From: Octopus sinensis
Taxonomy: Eukaryota
DNA length: 64,000 nt
Direction of reading: 5' to 3'
Assembly (NCBI RefSeq): GCF_006345805.1
Contig: NC_043004.1
Coordinates: 106,950,001 to 107,014,000 of the forward strand
Shown here: positions 1 through 12,431 of the stretch, one piece after another
How positions within the stretch are numbered: position 1 is the first letter of the stretch
Layout: each line of letters starts with the position of its first letter
The notes under the pieces: generated by a model
Told to the model about the DNA's origin: nothing
Database searches by the model: none
What the model saw: only the letters and a program-made list of their open reading frames with translations
Position numbers and translations under genes: made by a program

Positions 1-925
1 ATAGCAAATATTTAAAAGTGGTAAAGTGATACTCACCAATGTTATAAAGCAGGACTGATAAAGCCAAACACAGCAACAGTTTAGAATCCATTATGAAAGT
101 GGAATAGAAATTTTTCAAAGCATAAGAAAAAATAAAATGAAAGACCGAGTCTTAAAGTCTTCTCTTTGATTCTCCTTCTGTTTGTTTACACATATGTTTG
201 TGTGTTGGCGTATTGTGTTGCAAAAGAGACAAAAATATCTTAAGACTTCCGTCTGATCATTTAGAAAGAAGAGAGGCCAGTTCTTGAGACCAGTCCAAAA
301 TCGAATGGCTTAATCCAACCTTTGGCGAGAATGACTCTCGTCAAATGGAATAAAGCAGACGACACTCGCCGTTTTGCTTTTAAAGTCGAAAGTAGGGAAA
401 AAGTGATTGAGAGAAGTATGAGGAGTGAAAGAGTAGAAGCGACGAGAGAGGGGGACATTTGGGGTGAGGGTCGGAGTGAGAAAAAAAAAGAAGATGAGTG
501 AAGACGATAGGACTGAGTTAGGGAAAGAGTTAGAGTCAATAGGATAGAAAGGGAGGAATATGGGGAGTGGGAGAGAGAGAGAGAGAGCAGGGGTTGAGGT
601 GGATGAAGAGTAATAAATGAGAAGAGGGAGAAGAGAAAAAAGTAAAGAAAATGGGTTGTGATAGAGAGAGAAAGAAAACGAAAGTAAGTGATGAATATAT
701 AGAGGAGAGGAGAGGAGAGGAGAAGGAGGAGACGGAGTAGAAAAGAGATGAAGATGGCGAAGGGAAGAAGAAGAGAAAGAAATATACTGTTAGGCTTTAG
801 CTGCGAAAAATAATGGGCGTGGCGTTGTGATGAGAGTAAAAATAGAGGTGGAGACTAAAGGGCGTAGGGTGTTACTAGTGATGGGGTGTTACTGGTGATA
901 AGGAGAGAGGTCGGGTAGATGGTAT

Positions 926-1615
926 TCTTTTAACTTGTTTCAGTCATTTGACTGCGACCATGCTGGAGCACCGCCTTTAGTCGAACAAATCGACCCCAGG
1001 ACTTATTCTTTGTAAGCTCAGTACTTAATCTAGTACTTTTTGGTTATCTCACCCCATTAAAAAAAGATTGCCATTAAAAAATTGGGTTATCTCCCCACTA
1101 AAAAGTTGAGCTTATGTGGCGACATGAGATTGAATTAAAAGGGTTCGATCCTTTTGATTCAATACTCCAATGTGTTGTTGCCTTTTGGCCAGGGTATGAT
1201 TAGTTATAAAAATGTTATCAGGTTCAATAAGATGTTTATTAATTTTTCATTTTTGTTTTATTGAGGGTTAAACAATTTTTTTAGTTGGAGGAGATAACCC
1301 AATTTTTTAATGGGGGTGAGATAACTAAAAAGTACCCTTATTCTATCGGTCTGTTTTGCCGAACCGCTAAGTTACGGGGGCGTAAACACACCAACATCGG
1401 TTATCAAGTGATGGTGGGAGGACAGACATACACACACACACACACAATACATATATATATGACGAGCTTCTTTCAGTTTCCGTCCACCAAATCCACTCAT
1501 AAGGCTTCGGTCGGCCAGAGGCCATAGTAAAAGGCACTTACCCAAAGTGCCACGCAGTGAGACTGAACCCGGAACCATGTGGTTGGGAAGCAAGCTTCTT
1601 ACCACATAGCCACGC
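926..1615 (-). mobile_element. tRNA-derived SINE, family 1, interrupted by a MITE
   Basis: Matches the many other copies in the window: head with A-box/B-box-like GGCTGTGTGG...GGTTCAGTCCC, CCTTGGGCAAGTG core-like motif, internal (TA/TG)n, and tail GGTGCTCCAGCATGG...TGACTGAAACAAGTAAAAGA. Confidence 0.9.
1032..1336. mobile_element. MITE with ~65-bp compound TIRs and an 8-bp TSD (Merlin-like)
   Basis: Left end AGTACTTTTTGGTTATCTCACCCCATTAAAAAA mirrors right end TTTTTTAATGGGGGTGAGATAACTAAAAAGTACC. Flanks are CTTAATCT (1024-1031) and CTTATTCT (1337-1344); removing the insert restores the SINE consensus. Confidence 0.75.
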
Positions 1616-1938
1616 ATGTGGAACTTGCAGTGACTGTCGTGGTTGTGGCAGTGCTGGTGGTGACAGTTGTAGTAGAAGAGGTAGTGTAAGTGGTAGAGGT
1701 CGTGTTAATGAAGTTGGTTGTTGTCACTATTATTGTTTAACCCCAGGTCAACGTTGACCGAGTAGACCTTTGATCAAAGTTGTGGTATAGCTAGCAGGGA
1801 TTCTCAACCATTTCTATCTATGGACCCCTTTGATTACTGTTCTATTCTGGTGAATTCCCATCGCCATTCTGTGTTTAAAAACTAGTTTGTAGATATTTCT
1901 TTCAAATTTCCTATTTTGTTTTTCACGCATTAATTTAT

Positions 1939-2168
1939 GTAGGCCCAGGAGTGGCTGTGTGGTTAGTAGCAGGCTTACCAACCACATGGTTCCGGGTTCA
2001 GTCCCACTGCGTGGCACCTTGGGCAAGTGTCTTCTACTGTAGCCTCGGGCCGACCAAAGCCTTGTGAGTGGATTTGATAGACGGGAACTCAAAGAAACCC
2101 GTCACTGTATTTGTTCCACGTCCTCGCGTCGTTGTGTTTTCTCTTGGTGTTTTCATGTTTGGATTAAC

Positions 2169-2233
<65 letters not shown>

Positions 2234-2432
2234 TTGTGTGTCTGTTTGTCCCCCTATCATTGCTTGACAACCGATGCTTGTGTGTTTATGTCCCCGTCAC
2301 TTAGCGGTTCGCTAAAAGAGACCGATAGAATAAGTACTGGGCTTACAAAGAATAAGTCCCGGGGTCGATTTGCCTGACTAAAGGCGGTGCTCCAGCATGG
2401 CCACAGTCAAATGACTGAAACAAGTAAAGAGA
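1939..2432 (+). mobile_element. SINE family 1, near full length
   Basis: Head, core and tail motifs as in the other copies, with a short internal insertion. Confidence 0.9.
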
Positions 2433-3506
2433 GGGTAGGCTGAACTATGCAAGGTGTTAGAGAAAGAAATTGAGCTGTTTTTTGCAATACATACAAATAA
2501 AGCAAAATTTTTCATAGGCCCTTAAAATACTATTGTGAATCCCCAATTTACTATGTTGTTGTGTGAACCCCTCAAAATATTATATGGACCCTCAGGGTCC
2601 ATAACCGCTGAACTAAAGTGTGTGCTGCCGGGACAATCTTTGTATTCGTAGCCCCATCCGGGTTTAAATACGTATGATTACACAGCAAACCTCAAAATTG
2701 CTGTCCCCTTCAAAAGCATCGCCCAAGATGGACCGCCGCCTCGGCCTTCCTAGCAAGGCTACAGGCTCGAAGGCTTTCCAACCGTGACCATCCTATCTTT
2801 TTCCCATGCGCAGAAAATCCCCGGACCGCATAATGAAACCATACTTTTTTTTTTAGGCAATGAAAGTGTGATTTGAGAGAGGTTTGGCTGCTATTTCTAG
2901 CATGTAGAAACTCCCGGTAATGGCCGATGATGTCGAGAGATGATAAAAGCCACAGAGGGCGACTATAATGGCGGTGGCACTGGTGTAGGTGGAGGATAAC
3001 CGAGGTGGGCGTTGATGGTGCGGCGATAATCGTGGTGATGGAGGTGGTTAGGGCGAGGTAACAGTTATATAATAATGACATTTTTTACTCCCTTCCAAGC
3101 ACACCAACCAGCCACCCCATTTACAATTACCACCATCACACCATCACAGTATTCCCAAAGTCATTATTGCTGGCACCCCGCATCCGTCAATGTGAAAGTT
3201 CTCCCTTCGCTTCGAGTCAGGTCATCACTCGGATCTTTTTTTTTTATATCAAATATCTATTTAAGAGCTTCTCTGTATCTTACCTCCCTCCTGTCCCCCC
3301 CCCCCATCTCTGTCTGTCTCTCTCTCTCTCTTTCTCATTGACTGTCAGACACACACACACACACATACACACACACACTCTCTCTCTCTCTGTCTCTCAG
3401 TCTGTCAGTCTCTCTCTCCCCCTCTCTCTCTCCTTTTCTTATAAATTTTTTGTTCTTTTTTCTCTGCTACTTTTTAACTTAGTCTTATAAAACTTTCGTC
3501 TCTTGC

Positions 3507-3694
3507 ATTATATACTTACGTACATACATACGTACATACATACGTACATACATACTTCATACATACATACATATACATACATACATACATACATACATAC
3601 ATACATACATACATACATACATACATACATACATACATACATACATACATACATACATGCATGCATGCATACATACATACATACATACATACAT

Positions 3695-3733
<39 letters not shown>
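3507..3733. repeat. (CATA)n/(CAGA)n microsatellite
   Basis: Direct reading. Confidence 0.95.
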
Positions 3734-4145
3734 TTGCAGTTACTCTGTCCAGATTACAAGTTCAGGTTGATACCTGTAATTATTGGGGCCCCGGGATATA
3801 TAGCACACTGTCTAAATACCAATCTTGAGAAATTAGGCTACTTAAAACCAGAAAGGAGAAAGCTACAGATCCAATCCATCACTGGAACTGTAAAAATCTG
3901 TAAAACTTTCCAGAATTTTATCATTTAGATATATATGAGCATGTCTAGATATGCAACTGTATGCATAAAAATACATACATAAAGCGAAACATACAAATCT
4001 GCACACATACATACATACATACATACAAACATACAAAAATACTCTGTTGCTGATATTGAAATTCCAATGAAGGAACCTTGGATCTAGGTTAGAAACCGGC
4101 TCTTTCTCTATTGGCAAGAAACCTTGAAATATAACTGGACAATGG
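3734..4145 (+). mobile_element. R4/Dong-clade non-LTR retrotransposon, 3' end (RLE C-terminus plus 3'UTR)
   Basis: LQLLCPDYKFRLIPVIIGAPGYI...LQIQSITGTVKICKTF* fits the RLE C-terminal PxxIGALG...LQ..A..GT..I pattern. The 3'UTR is homologous to 5520-5683. Confidence 0.75.
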
Positions 4146-4245
4146 CATACATACATACACACATACATACCTACCTACCTACCTACCTACATACATACAT
4201 ACATACATACATACATACATACATACATACATACATACATACACA

Positions 4246-5683
4246 GATATATTAGTAGAAAGCTCCAGGATGATTGTAACATTGATCAGCAAAGCAGTCT
4301 ATCATGGACCAACAACCCGATTACTAACTCTCACTTTGAAGGGTATGTGTTTGCAATACAGGAACAGGAAATATCAATCAAATACTTGACCGAACGAGGC
4401 TGTGTGGAGTTAACACCGAAGCTATCACCCATTATAAGCAGTTGTCCGAAAATGTCATTGCGGTATTATCTATTGATGGGACGTGATGTTGTAACCAAGA
4501 TACTATAATGAGATTCGTCGAAAGGATAACCCCGATACCAAACAAATAAGACCCCATAGTAAGGTAGAGGCCATAACCACTTGCACTAAGAAGTACAAGT
4601 GGATTGTTCCTGTGAAAACCCCTATAAAATGTAAACATTATATACTTGACATAGTGATTTTGGAAAGAGAAAAGAAATTGGGTACAGTAGAGGAAATTAG
4701 CTGCTCAGCGAAAAGAAAACACCAACGCTGAACTATTGAGAAATCTACAGTTGCTCTACACAGATTACAAGTTCATATTTATACCTGTAATTATTGGGGC
4801 ACAGGGATATGTATCACATGGCCTAGTTACCTATCTTGAGAAATTAGTCTTCTCAAAACCAGAAAGGAGAAAGCTGATTCGAAAATTACAGACCCAAGCC
4901 ATCACTGGAACTGTAAAGATTTGTAAAACTTTCCAGTTTATCAGTTAAGTATTAGGTTGTCCGGAAAGTTCGTGCCGATTTATAGTAGCTTACCTTTCGA
5001 CTTATTCAAGAACATGGCTGAGTCCATAAAATTTGGATTTGACTACACCTCCATTTACAGCACAGTTTAAGCTATCTTTTCGTAGAAAAAAGTTTATGTT
5101 CCTATATAACCTGTGTTAATTCTGTAACCCTTTAAAATGGGAGATAAGAAAGTTCATTTTCGGCACTTGATGCTTTGGGAACCAGACAAAAATTGCCACA
5201 GCTCGGCTGGGATGTGTTACCCCACACTCCATATTCACCAGATATTGCTCCTTCGGATTTCCACTTATTCAGGTCTCTGCAGAATAGTCTGAATGGTAAA
5301 AATTTCAATTCCTTGGATGATGTAAAAAGATACCTTGATGAATTGTTTGCCATGAAACCACCTCAATTCTGGGAGGAGGGTATTTTCAAGTTAAAGGAAA
5401 GATGGAGACACATTGTGCAACAAAATGGTTCATATTTGGTAGATTAAAAATGTAATGGCAAGTATTTATTGACCTTTTTCTTTCCTTTAAAAATCGGCAC
5501 AAACTTCGGACAACCCAATATATATGTGCACTAGACATACATAAATATACAAACATACAAACAAAACATACGAATTTGCACTGACTCCAAACACTTCACA
5601 CATACACACATATAAGCAAAAATAGGGCTGTTGATGTTGCAATTCAGTAAAAGAGCCTTGGAGCTAGGTTAGAAATCGACTCC
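4246..5683 (+). mobile_element. R4/Dong-clade retrotransposon 3' fragment (CCHC knuckle plus RLE), degenerate, split by a mariner derivative
   Basis: SHFEGYVFAIQEQEIS motif, a frameshifted CCHC knuckle remnant, and IPVIIGAQGY...LQTQAITGTVKICKTF*. The 3'UTR resumes after 5520. Confidence 0.8.
4952..5518 (+). mobile_element. Internally deleted mariner (non-autonomous)
   Basis: TIRs TT(A/G)GGTTGTCCG..AAGTT.GTGCCGATTT and TA TSDs at 4950-4951 and 5519-5520. Transposase C-terminus LPHTPYSPDIAPSDFHLF...NGSY. Confidence 0.92.
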
Positions 5684-6133
5684 TGTATGCATACATACAT
5701 ACATACATACATACATACATACATACACACATACATACATACACACATACATACATACATACATACACACATACATACATACATACATGCATACATACAT
5801 ACATGCATACATACATGCATACATGCATGCATACATACATACATACATACATACATGCATGCATACATACATACATACATACACACACACATACATACAT
5901 ACATACATGCATACATACATACATACATGCATACATACATACATACATACATACATACATACATACATACATACATACATGCATGCATACATACATACAC
6001 ACATACATACATACATACATACATGCATGCATGCATGCATGCATGCATACATACATACATACATACATACATACATACATACATACATACATACATGCAT
6101 ACATACATACATACATGCATACATACATACATA
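5684..6133. repeat. (CATA)n compound microsatellite
   Basis: Direct reading. Confidence 0.95.
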
Positions 6134-6485
6134 GAGTAAAGGCTAAAGACTCCTTTCGGTCATGAATGACAATGGGATTGAACTTAGAAAGTTCCCCTCT
6201 GAGACACAAGTCCAGGCAAGGTTGTTTATGGAAGACCAGCAGTCACCCATGCATACTAGCATCCCCCTCTCCATGTCACCGGTGCTATCCAAGGGAAAGG
6301 CGAAGGCCGATACAGTTTGGCACCAGTAACGTTGCAACTCATTTCTACAGCAGGGCGAACTGGCGCAACGTGAAATAAAGTGCCTCGCTTAAGAACACAA
6401 CAGACAATCCGGCCCGTGAATCGAACTCACTGCCTCATGAATGTGAGCCCGACGCTCGCACCACTGAGCCATGTGCTTTCGCACA
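6134..6485 (-). mobile_element. tRNA-derived SINE, family 3 (CORE-like TGTTCTT.AGC.AG.CACTT motif)
   Basis: Head TGGCTCAGTGG...GAGTTCGATTC; similar to 16650-16905 and to the head of 27692-28012. Confidence 0.75.
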
Positions 6486-6565
6486 CACACATATATATAT
6501 ACATACATACACCAAAGAGCCAGAATTGGACCTAAGTGACGGGTCATTGATAGAGTTTACAATTC

Positions 6566-6672
6566 TTATTTCTTTACTGCCCACAAGGGGCTACACACAA
6601 AGGGGACAAACAAGAACAGACAAACGGATTAAGTCGATTATATCGACCCCCAGTGTGTAACTGGTACTTATC
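6566..6672 (-). mobile_element. SINE family 2, 3' fragment (tail A)
   Basis: TATTTCTTTACTGCCCACAAGGGG...CGGATTAAGTCGATTATATCGACCCC...AACTGGTAC. Confidence 0.85.
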
Positions 6673-7499
6673 TCGGACAATAAAAATCTGTAAAACCTCC
6701 TTAAGATTTAAAGGATGATGGTTAAATCAAGATACTTTCCTTCACAACCTTGCTACCAAGTCGGTGACCGGTCAAAGTATCTAATTTAGAAAGAGAAAGA
6801 GAGCACATACATACATACATACATACATACATACATACATACATACATACATACATACATAAATGCATGCATATATATACACATACGCATGTACAGTCAA
6901 TATTTCCCTTAAATTCCTTTACTTTTTCTTCCTCCTCTTTCCGCCGTCTCTTATACCAACCTTTCTCTGTCTGTCTGCCCTCTCTCCCCTTCTCCCCCTC
7001 TCACTTCCATTCTTTATTTGATAAATTATTCCAAAACGAAACATGAAACATTAACGACACAGATGGAAAAAAATAAAGAACGAAATATAAAACTTAACAA
7101 CCAAACAGGAGCATAAATCTTATCCGCATTTGCATTCAAGATGGAAAATAATGGTGCAACCAAGACAGACTTGGAGGAGCATTTTGACCAGCATCTGATG
7201 GCCTGGCCGATACACTGATACTGTGATTTATCATTTAATATACACAGAATTAAAAAAAAAAAAGAGCAACTAATGGTTTCATGCCGGTGAGATAGAATAA
7301 TTTGGCAGATTTATATAATATGTCCATGGGATTGCTTGGAGACACATGGTATGTTATAAAAATCTGCAAAATTATTCTCTCTCTGCGGTATGCAGCCATT
7401 AGAAGCTTTTTCTTAAATTCTGTGTATATTAAATGATATTTATCTCCTATTGAATGGAGTACTTTTTTTTTGTTAATACTACGTATAACGTAAAGAGAG

Positions 7500-7911
7500 A
7501 ATACCAAACTCATTCCCTATGGATACCGTATTTATTACAACGAGTGGCTTGTAAACGTATCTAACGAGCGAAAGCGAGTTCGATACGTTTACAAGCCACT
7601 CGTTGTAATAAATACGGTATCCATAGGGAACTCGTTTGGTATTTTATTTATTACACACGAATAAACGACCATATTTTATTAACCCAATAACTAAATTCTT
7701 CACGTTTAGTTGTAACTTATGAATGACAAAAGTAGTGCAGTCACCGTGACCTCAGGTCATCACCATGGATTGACCAATCAGAAGCAGTGCTGTCACCGTG
7801 ACCTCGGGTCATCACCATGGATTGACCAATCAGAAGCAGCGCTCGCAGTATCTGACATATGTTAGATACCAAAAATATCTCAAAGTGTTCTCACTCACAT
7901 GTGTGTAATAA
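7500..7911. mobile_element. Putative non-autonomous hairpin element: 62-bp-arm palindrome plus an 11-bp inverted repeat enclosing a 52-bp tandem duplication
   Basis: Arms at 7500-7561 and 7582-7643 (3 mismatches). TTATTACACAC (7648-7658) pairs with GTGTGTAATAA (7901-7911). Tandem unit spans 7735-7838. Confidence 0.6.
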
Positions 7912-7919
7912 TAGTAAAG

Positions 7920-9215
7920 TACGAAGGGGTGGCCCAAACTAACCGGAAACGTTCTCTGTAGGACAAGTACGTTGTGGTTCTGGCTTCTGCCTCTAGAAGC
8001 TACTTCATGCGATCCTCAGGCATCAGTCTGTCGACCGGCGTCGTCGAGTGAAGTCGTACTGCAACGTCGTGCGCATGTACTTTGAAGTGCTTCTCCCCAT
8101 TTCGTCAATTTTTGCAATTGCTGAAATGAAGAAACAGCGTGATTCTGTGAAATCTTGTTCTCTGTTAGAGAAAATGGCGGTCGAAATAGTTATCATGCTT
8201 CAAACAGCTCACAAGGACGCTGCCATGAGCAAAACACAAGTTTACGAGTGGTTTCCACACTTTAGGAATGGTCACTTGTCGCATAAAGACCAATCTCGTT
8301 CAAGGTGATTGTCGAACTCCCGAACAAATGAAAACATCACGAAAATCCATGAACCGATCTTGAAGGACCGTCGCCGAACAATTGACAAACCTGTTTGTAT
8401 GACTGGTGAGACCTGGAGCAGCTCCCAATGAACGAAGAATTGCGAATGAAAAAAAGTTGCAGCAAAATGTGTGCCTCGCTTGCTCACGGAAGATCGAAAG
8501 CAGTCACGACTGAATTCATGTCGGGAACTGAAACAGCAGTTGGAAGTTAATTCGGAGCTTTTTTCCGAAGGTCATCACTGGTGAGGAGAGCTGGTGCTAC
8601 GGCTACGCCCCAGAAACGAAGCAGCAATTAAGTCAATGGAAGCATTCAATATCACCAAGTCTTGCAAAAGCGCGTCAAGAGAAGTTCAATGTGAAGACGA
8701 CTCTGATTTGTTTCATCGATGCGAAAGGAATTCTCTGCAGAGAATCTGTTCTTTCTGCTCAAACAGTTAACCAGACATTTTACTTGGCATTTCTGAAGGT
8801 TTTATCAAAATGTGGTGAGACGAAAATGCCTGTGGCAAAGTGGAGAGAGGTGGTTTCATCATAACAATGCGCCTGTGCACACCACCTTGAGTGTGAGACA
8901 GTTTTTGACCAAACATAGCATGACCCCGCTTACTCACCTTGCTCCCTGCGCCTTCTTTTTAAATTCCCCCGAATAAAAAAAGTCCTTGATGGAAAAAGTT
9001 TAAGATGTGGAAGAGGCGGGAAAAAAAACAATAAATGACGGAAGCGTTAAAAGGCACCACTTGGCAAGAGTTCCAGGATTGTTTCGATCAGTGGCAAACG
9101 CATCAGGACCGATTCATTGTTTGAAATGGGGAACACTTTGAAAGCAAAAACAGTGAAAACTTGTAAAACTAAGGGAATAAAATAATATTGCAAAATTCCG
9201 GTTTCTTTCATAAAT
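7920..9215 (+). mobile_element. Mariner transposon remnant (irritans-like), multiple stops and frameshifts
   Basis: QR..K.C.LL...MSKTQVYEWF, KCVPRLLTE, VITGEESWCYGY, HHNNAPVHT and NGEHFE motifs. Left TIR TACGAAGGGGTGGCCCAAACTAACCGGAA; right TIR only partly retained. Confidence 0.85.
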
Positions 9216-9693
9216 ATATACGAGTGAGTAGACAAAAGAGAGAAGGGCAGTCAATACATTATAAGGGGCTTCATGTATGTATGTACGTGTGTATGTATGT
9301 ATGTGTGTATATGTGTATGTATGTGTGTGTGTATGTATGTATGTATGTATGTATGTGTGTATGTGTGTATGTATACATGCATGTATGTATGTATGTATGT
9401 ATGTATGTATGTATGTATGTATGTATGTATGTATGTATGTATGTATGTATGTATGTATGTATGCATGTATGTATGTATACATGTATGTGTATTGTTTGAA
9501 ATGGGGAACACTTTGAAAGCAAAAACAGTGAAAACTTGTAAAACTAAGGGAATAAAATAATATTGCAAAATTCCGGTTTCTTTCATAATATATACGAGTG
9601 AGTAGAAAAGAGAGAAGGGCAGTCAATACATTATAAGGGGCTTCATGTATGTATGTACGTGTGTATGTATGTATGTGTGTATATGTGTATGTA

Positions 9694-9724
<31 letters not shown>

Positions 9725-9865
9725 ATGTATGTATGTGTGTATGTGTGTATGTATACATGCATGTATGTATGTATGTATGTATGCATGTATGTATGTATGT
9801 ATGTATGTATGTATGTATGTATGCATGTATGTATGTATACATGTATGTGTATGTATGTATGTATG
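9116..9865. repeat. Tandem duplication, period 375 bp (mariner 3' end plus flank plus microsatellite)
   Basis: ATTGTTTGAAATGGGG...GGGGCTTCATGTATG starts at both 9116 and 9491. Confidence 0.9.
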
Positions 9866-11350
9866 TGTGTATGTGTGTATGTATGCATGCATGTATGTAT
9901 GTATGTATGTATGTATGTGTGTATGTATGCATGCATGTATGTATCTATGTATGTATGTATGTATGCATGTATGTATGCATGTATGTATGTATGTATGTAT
10001 GTATGTATGTATGTATGTATGTATGTATGTATTTATGTATGCATGCATATATGTATGTATGTCTGTATGTATGTATGTATGTATGCATGTATGTATGTAT
10101 GCATGTATGTATGTATGCATGTATGTATGCATGCATGTATGTATGTATGTATGTATGTAGGTATGTATGCATGTATGTATGTATGTATGTATGTGTGTAT
10201 GTATGTATGTGTGTATATGTGTATGTATGTGTGTATGTATGTATGTATGTATGTATGTATGTGTGTATGCATGTATGTATGTATGTATGTATGTATGTAT
10301 GCATGTATGTATGTATACATGTATGTGTATGTATGTATGTATGTATGTATGTGTGTATGTGTGTATGTATGCATGCATGTATGTATGTATGTATGTATGT
10401 ATGTATGTATGTGTGTATGTATACATGCATGCATGTATGTATGTATGTATGTATGTATGTATGTATGTGTATATGTATGTATGTGTGTATGTATGTATGC
10501 ATGTATGTATGCATGTATGTATGTATGTATGTATGTATGTAGGCATGCATGTATATATGTATGTATGTGTTTATGTATGTATGTATGTATGCATGTATGT
10601 ATGTATGCATGTATGTATGTATGTATGCATGTATGTATGCATGCATGTATGTATGTATGTATGTATGTATGCATGTATGTATGTATGTATGTATGTATGT
10701 ATGCATGTATGTATGCATGTATGTATGTATGTATGTATGTATGTATGTATGTATGTATGTATGCATGTATGCATGTATGTATGTATGCATGTATGTATGT
10801 ATGTATGCATGTATGTATGTATGTATGCATGCATGTATGTATGTATGTATGTATGTATGCATGTATGTATGTATGTATGTATGTATGCATGTATGTATGC
10901 ATGTATGTATGTATGTATGTATGTATGTATGCATGTATGCATGTATGTATGTATGCATGTATGTATGTATGTATGCATGTATGTATGTATGCATGCATGT
11001 ATGTATGTATGCATGTATGTATGCATGCATGTATGTATGTATGTATGTATATATGTATGTATGTATGCATGTATGTATGTATGTATGCATGTATGTATGT
11101 ATGTATGTATGCATGCATGTATGTATGTATGTATGTATGTATGCATGCATGTATGTATGTATGTGTGTGTGTATGTATGTATGTATGTATGTGTATGTGT
11201 GTGTATGTATGTATGTATGTATGTATGTATGTATGTATGTATGTATGTATGTGTATGTGTGTGTATGTATGTATGTATGTATGTGTATGTGTGTGTATGT
11301 ATGTATGTATGTATGTATGTATGTATGTATGTATGTATGTATGTGTATAT
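9645..11350. repeat. ~1.7-kb (TATG)n/(CATG)/(TGTG) compound microsatellite
   Basis: Direct reading; source of many spurious ORFs. Confidence 0.97.
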
Positions 11351-12032
11351 ATGAAACGATATTAGCTGAGAGAAATAAGTGAGAGTTGTCAGTGCCATAC
11401 AGTCGAGCAACAATGACGAATAAGTGTATATTAGAACCCCTAGAAAAATTATTGATTTATTAAAGCTATCTTCACTGGGTTGGCGATTGGATGGGATTGG
11501 GGAGATAGTCTATGACTTAACCCGCACCTCACCACCACCACGCGCACACAAACCACACACACACACACACACACACATACACAATCTTTCCATTGTCTTA
11601 GCGATTCAGTAGAAACTTCACTGGAAATTTTTCATTCATGAATATTGGTGCGATTGTGATGCTGCTCTGATTGTCCGATTGTTGTATTACTTTTGCCCAT
11701 TGGTCAGGTTCTGGTTCCCAACCATGGGCATGAAAGAGGGTGGTGGCTGTCGAAATAGAAACTTTAAGCTGAGCTGTCCGATTCTTCGACATGCTTTCCA
11801 TTCAATGTCTCTTGAATAGTACTCTGTTTTATCGATCCCGAAAAGACGAAAGGCAAGGTTAACCTCGGCGGCGCATAAATCTAAACTCATCATGTATTAT
11901 ACATCAGCCCTTAGCAGCATTGCAACCACTTTAGATGTTGGTTTGGCATATCTTGAACACTTATTTTGAAATAGCCATAAAAATATAATAAATATTAGCA
12001 CAATAAATATTAAAGTTCTGATGCTTTTCAAC

Positions 12033-12431
12033 TCTTTTACTTGTTTCAGTAATGTGACGGCGGCCATGCTGGAGCACCGCCTTTAGTCGAGCAAATCGAC
12101 CCCATGACTTATTCTTTGTAAGCCTAGTACTTATTCTATCGGTCTCTTTTGCCGAACCGCTAAGTTACGGGGACGTAAACACACCAGCATCGGTTGTCAA
12201 GCGATGTTGGGGGGGACAAAGACAGACACACAAACATATACACACATATATATATGCATATATACGACGGGCTTCTTTCAGTTTCCGTCTACTAAGTCCA
12301 CTCACTTAAGCTTTGGTCGGTCAGAGGCTATAGTAGAAGACACTTGCCCAAGGTGCCACGCAGTGGGAATGAACCCGGAACCATGTGGTTCGCAAGCAAG
12401 CTACTTATCACACAGCCACTCCTACGCCTAT
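12033..12431 (-). mobile_element. SINE family 1, full length
   Basis: Head-to-tail match to the other copies. Confidence 0.92.

Noticed and set aside
261-539. Open frames on both strands at the window start
   Set aside because: They run into purine-rich low-complexity sequence, with no recognisable motif.
9623-11413. Long ORFs up to 570 aa (MYVC/HTYI repeats), and similar ones at 3.5, 5.7, 19.5, 40.1 and 50.6 kb
   Set aside because: Translations of (TATG)n, (CATA)n and (TA)n microsatellites, which lack stop codons by composition.
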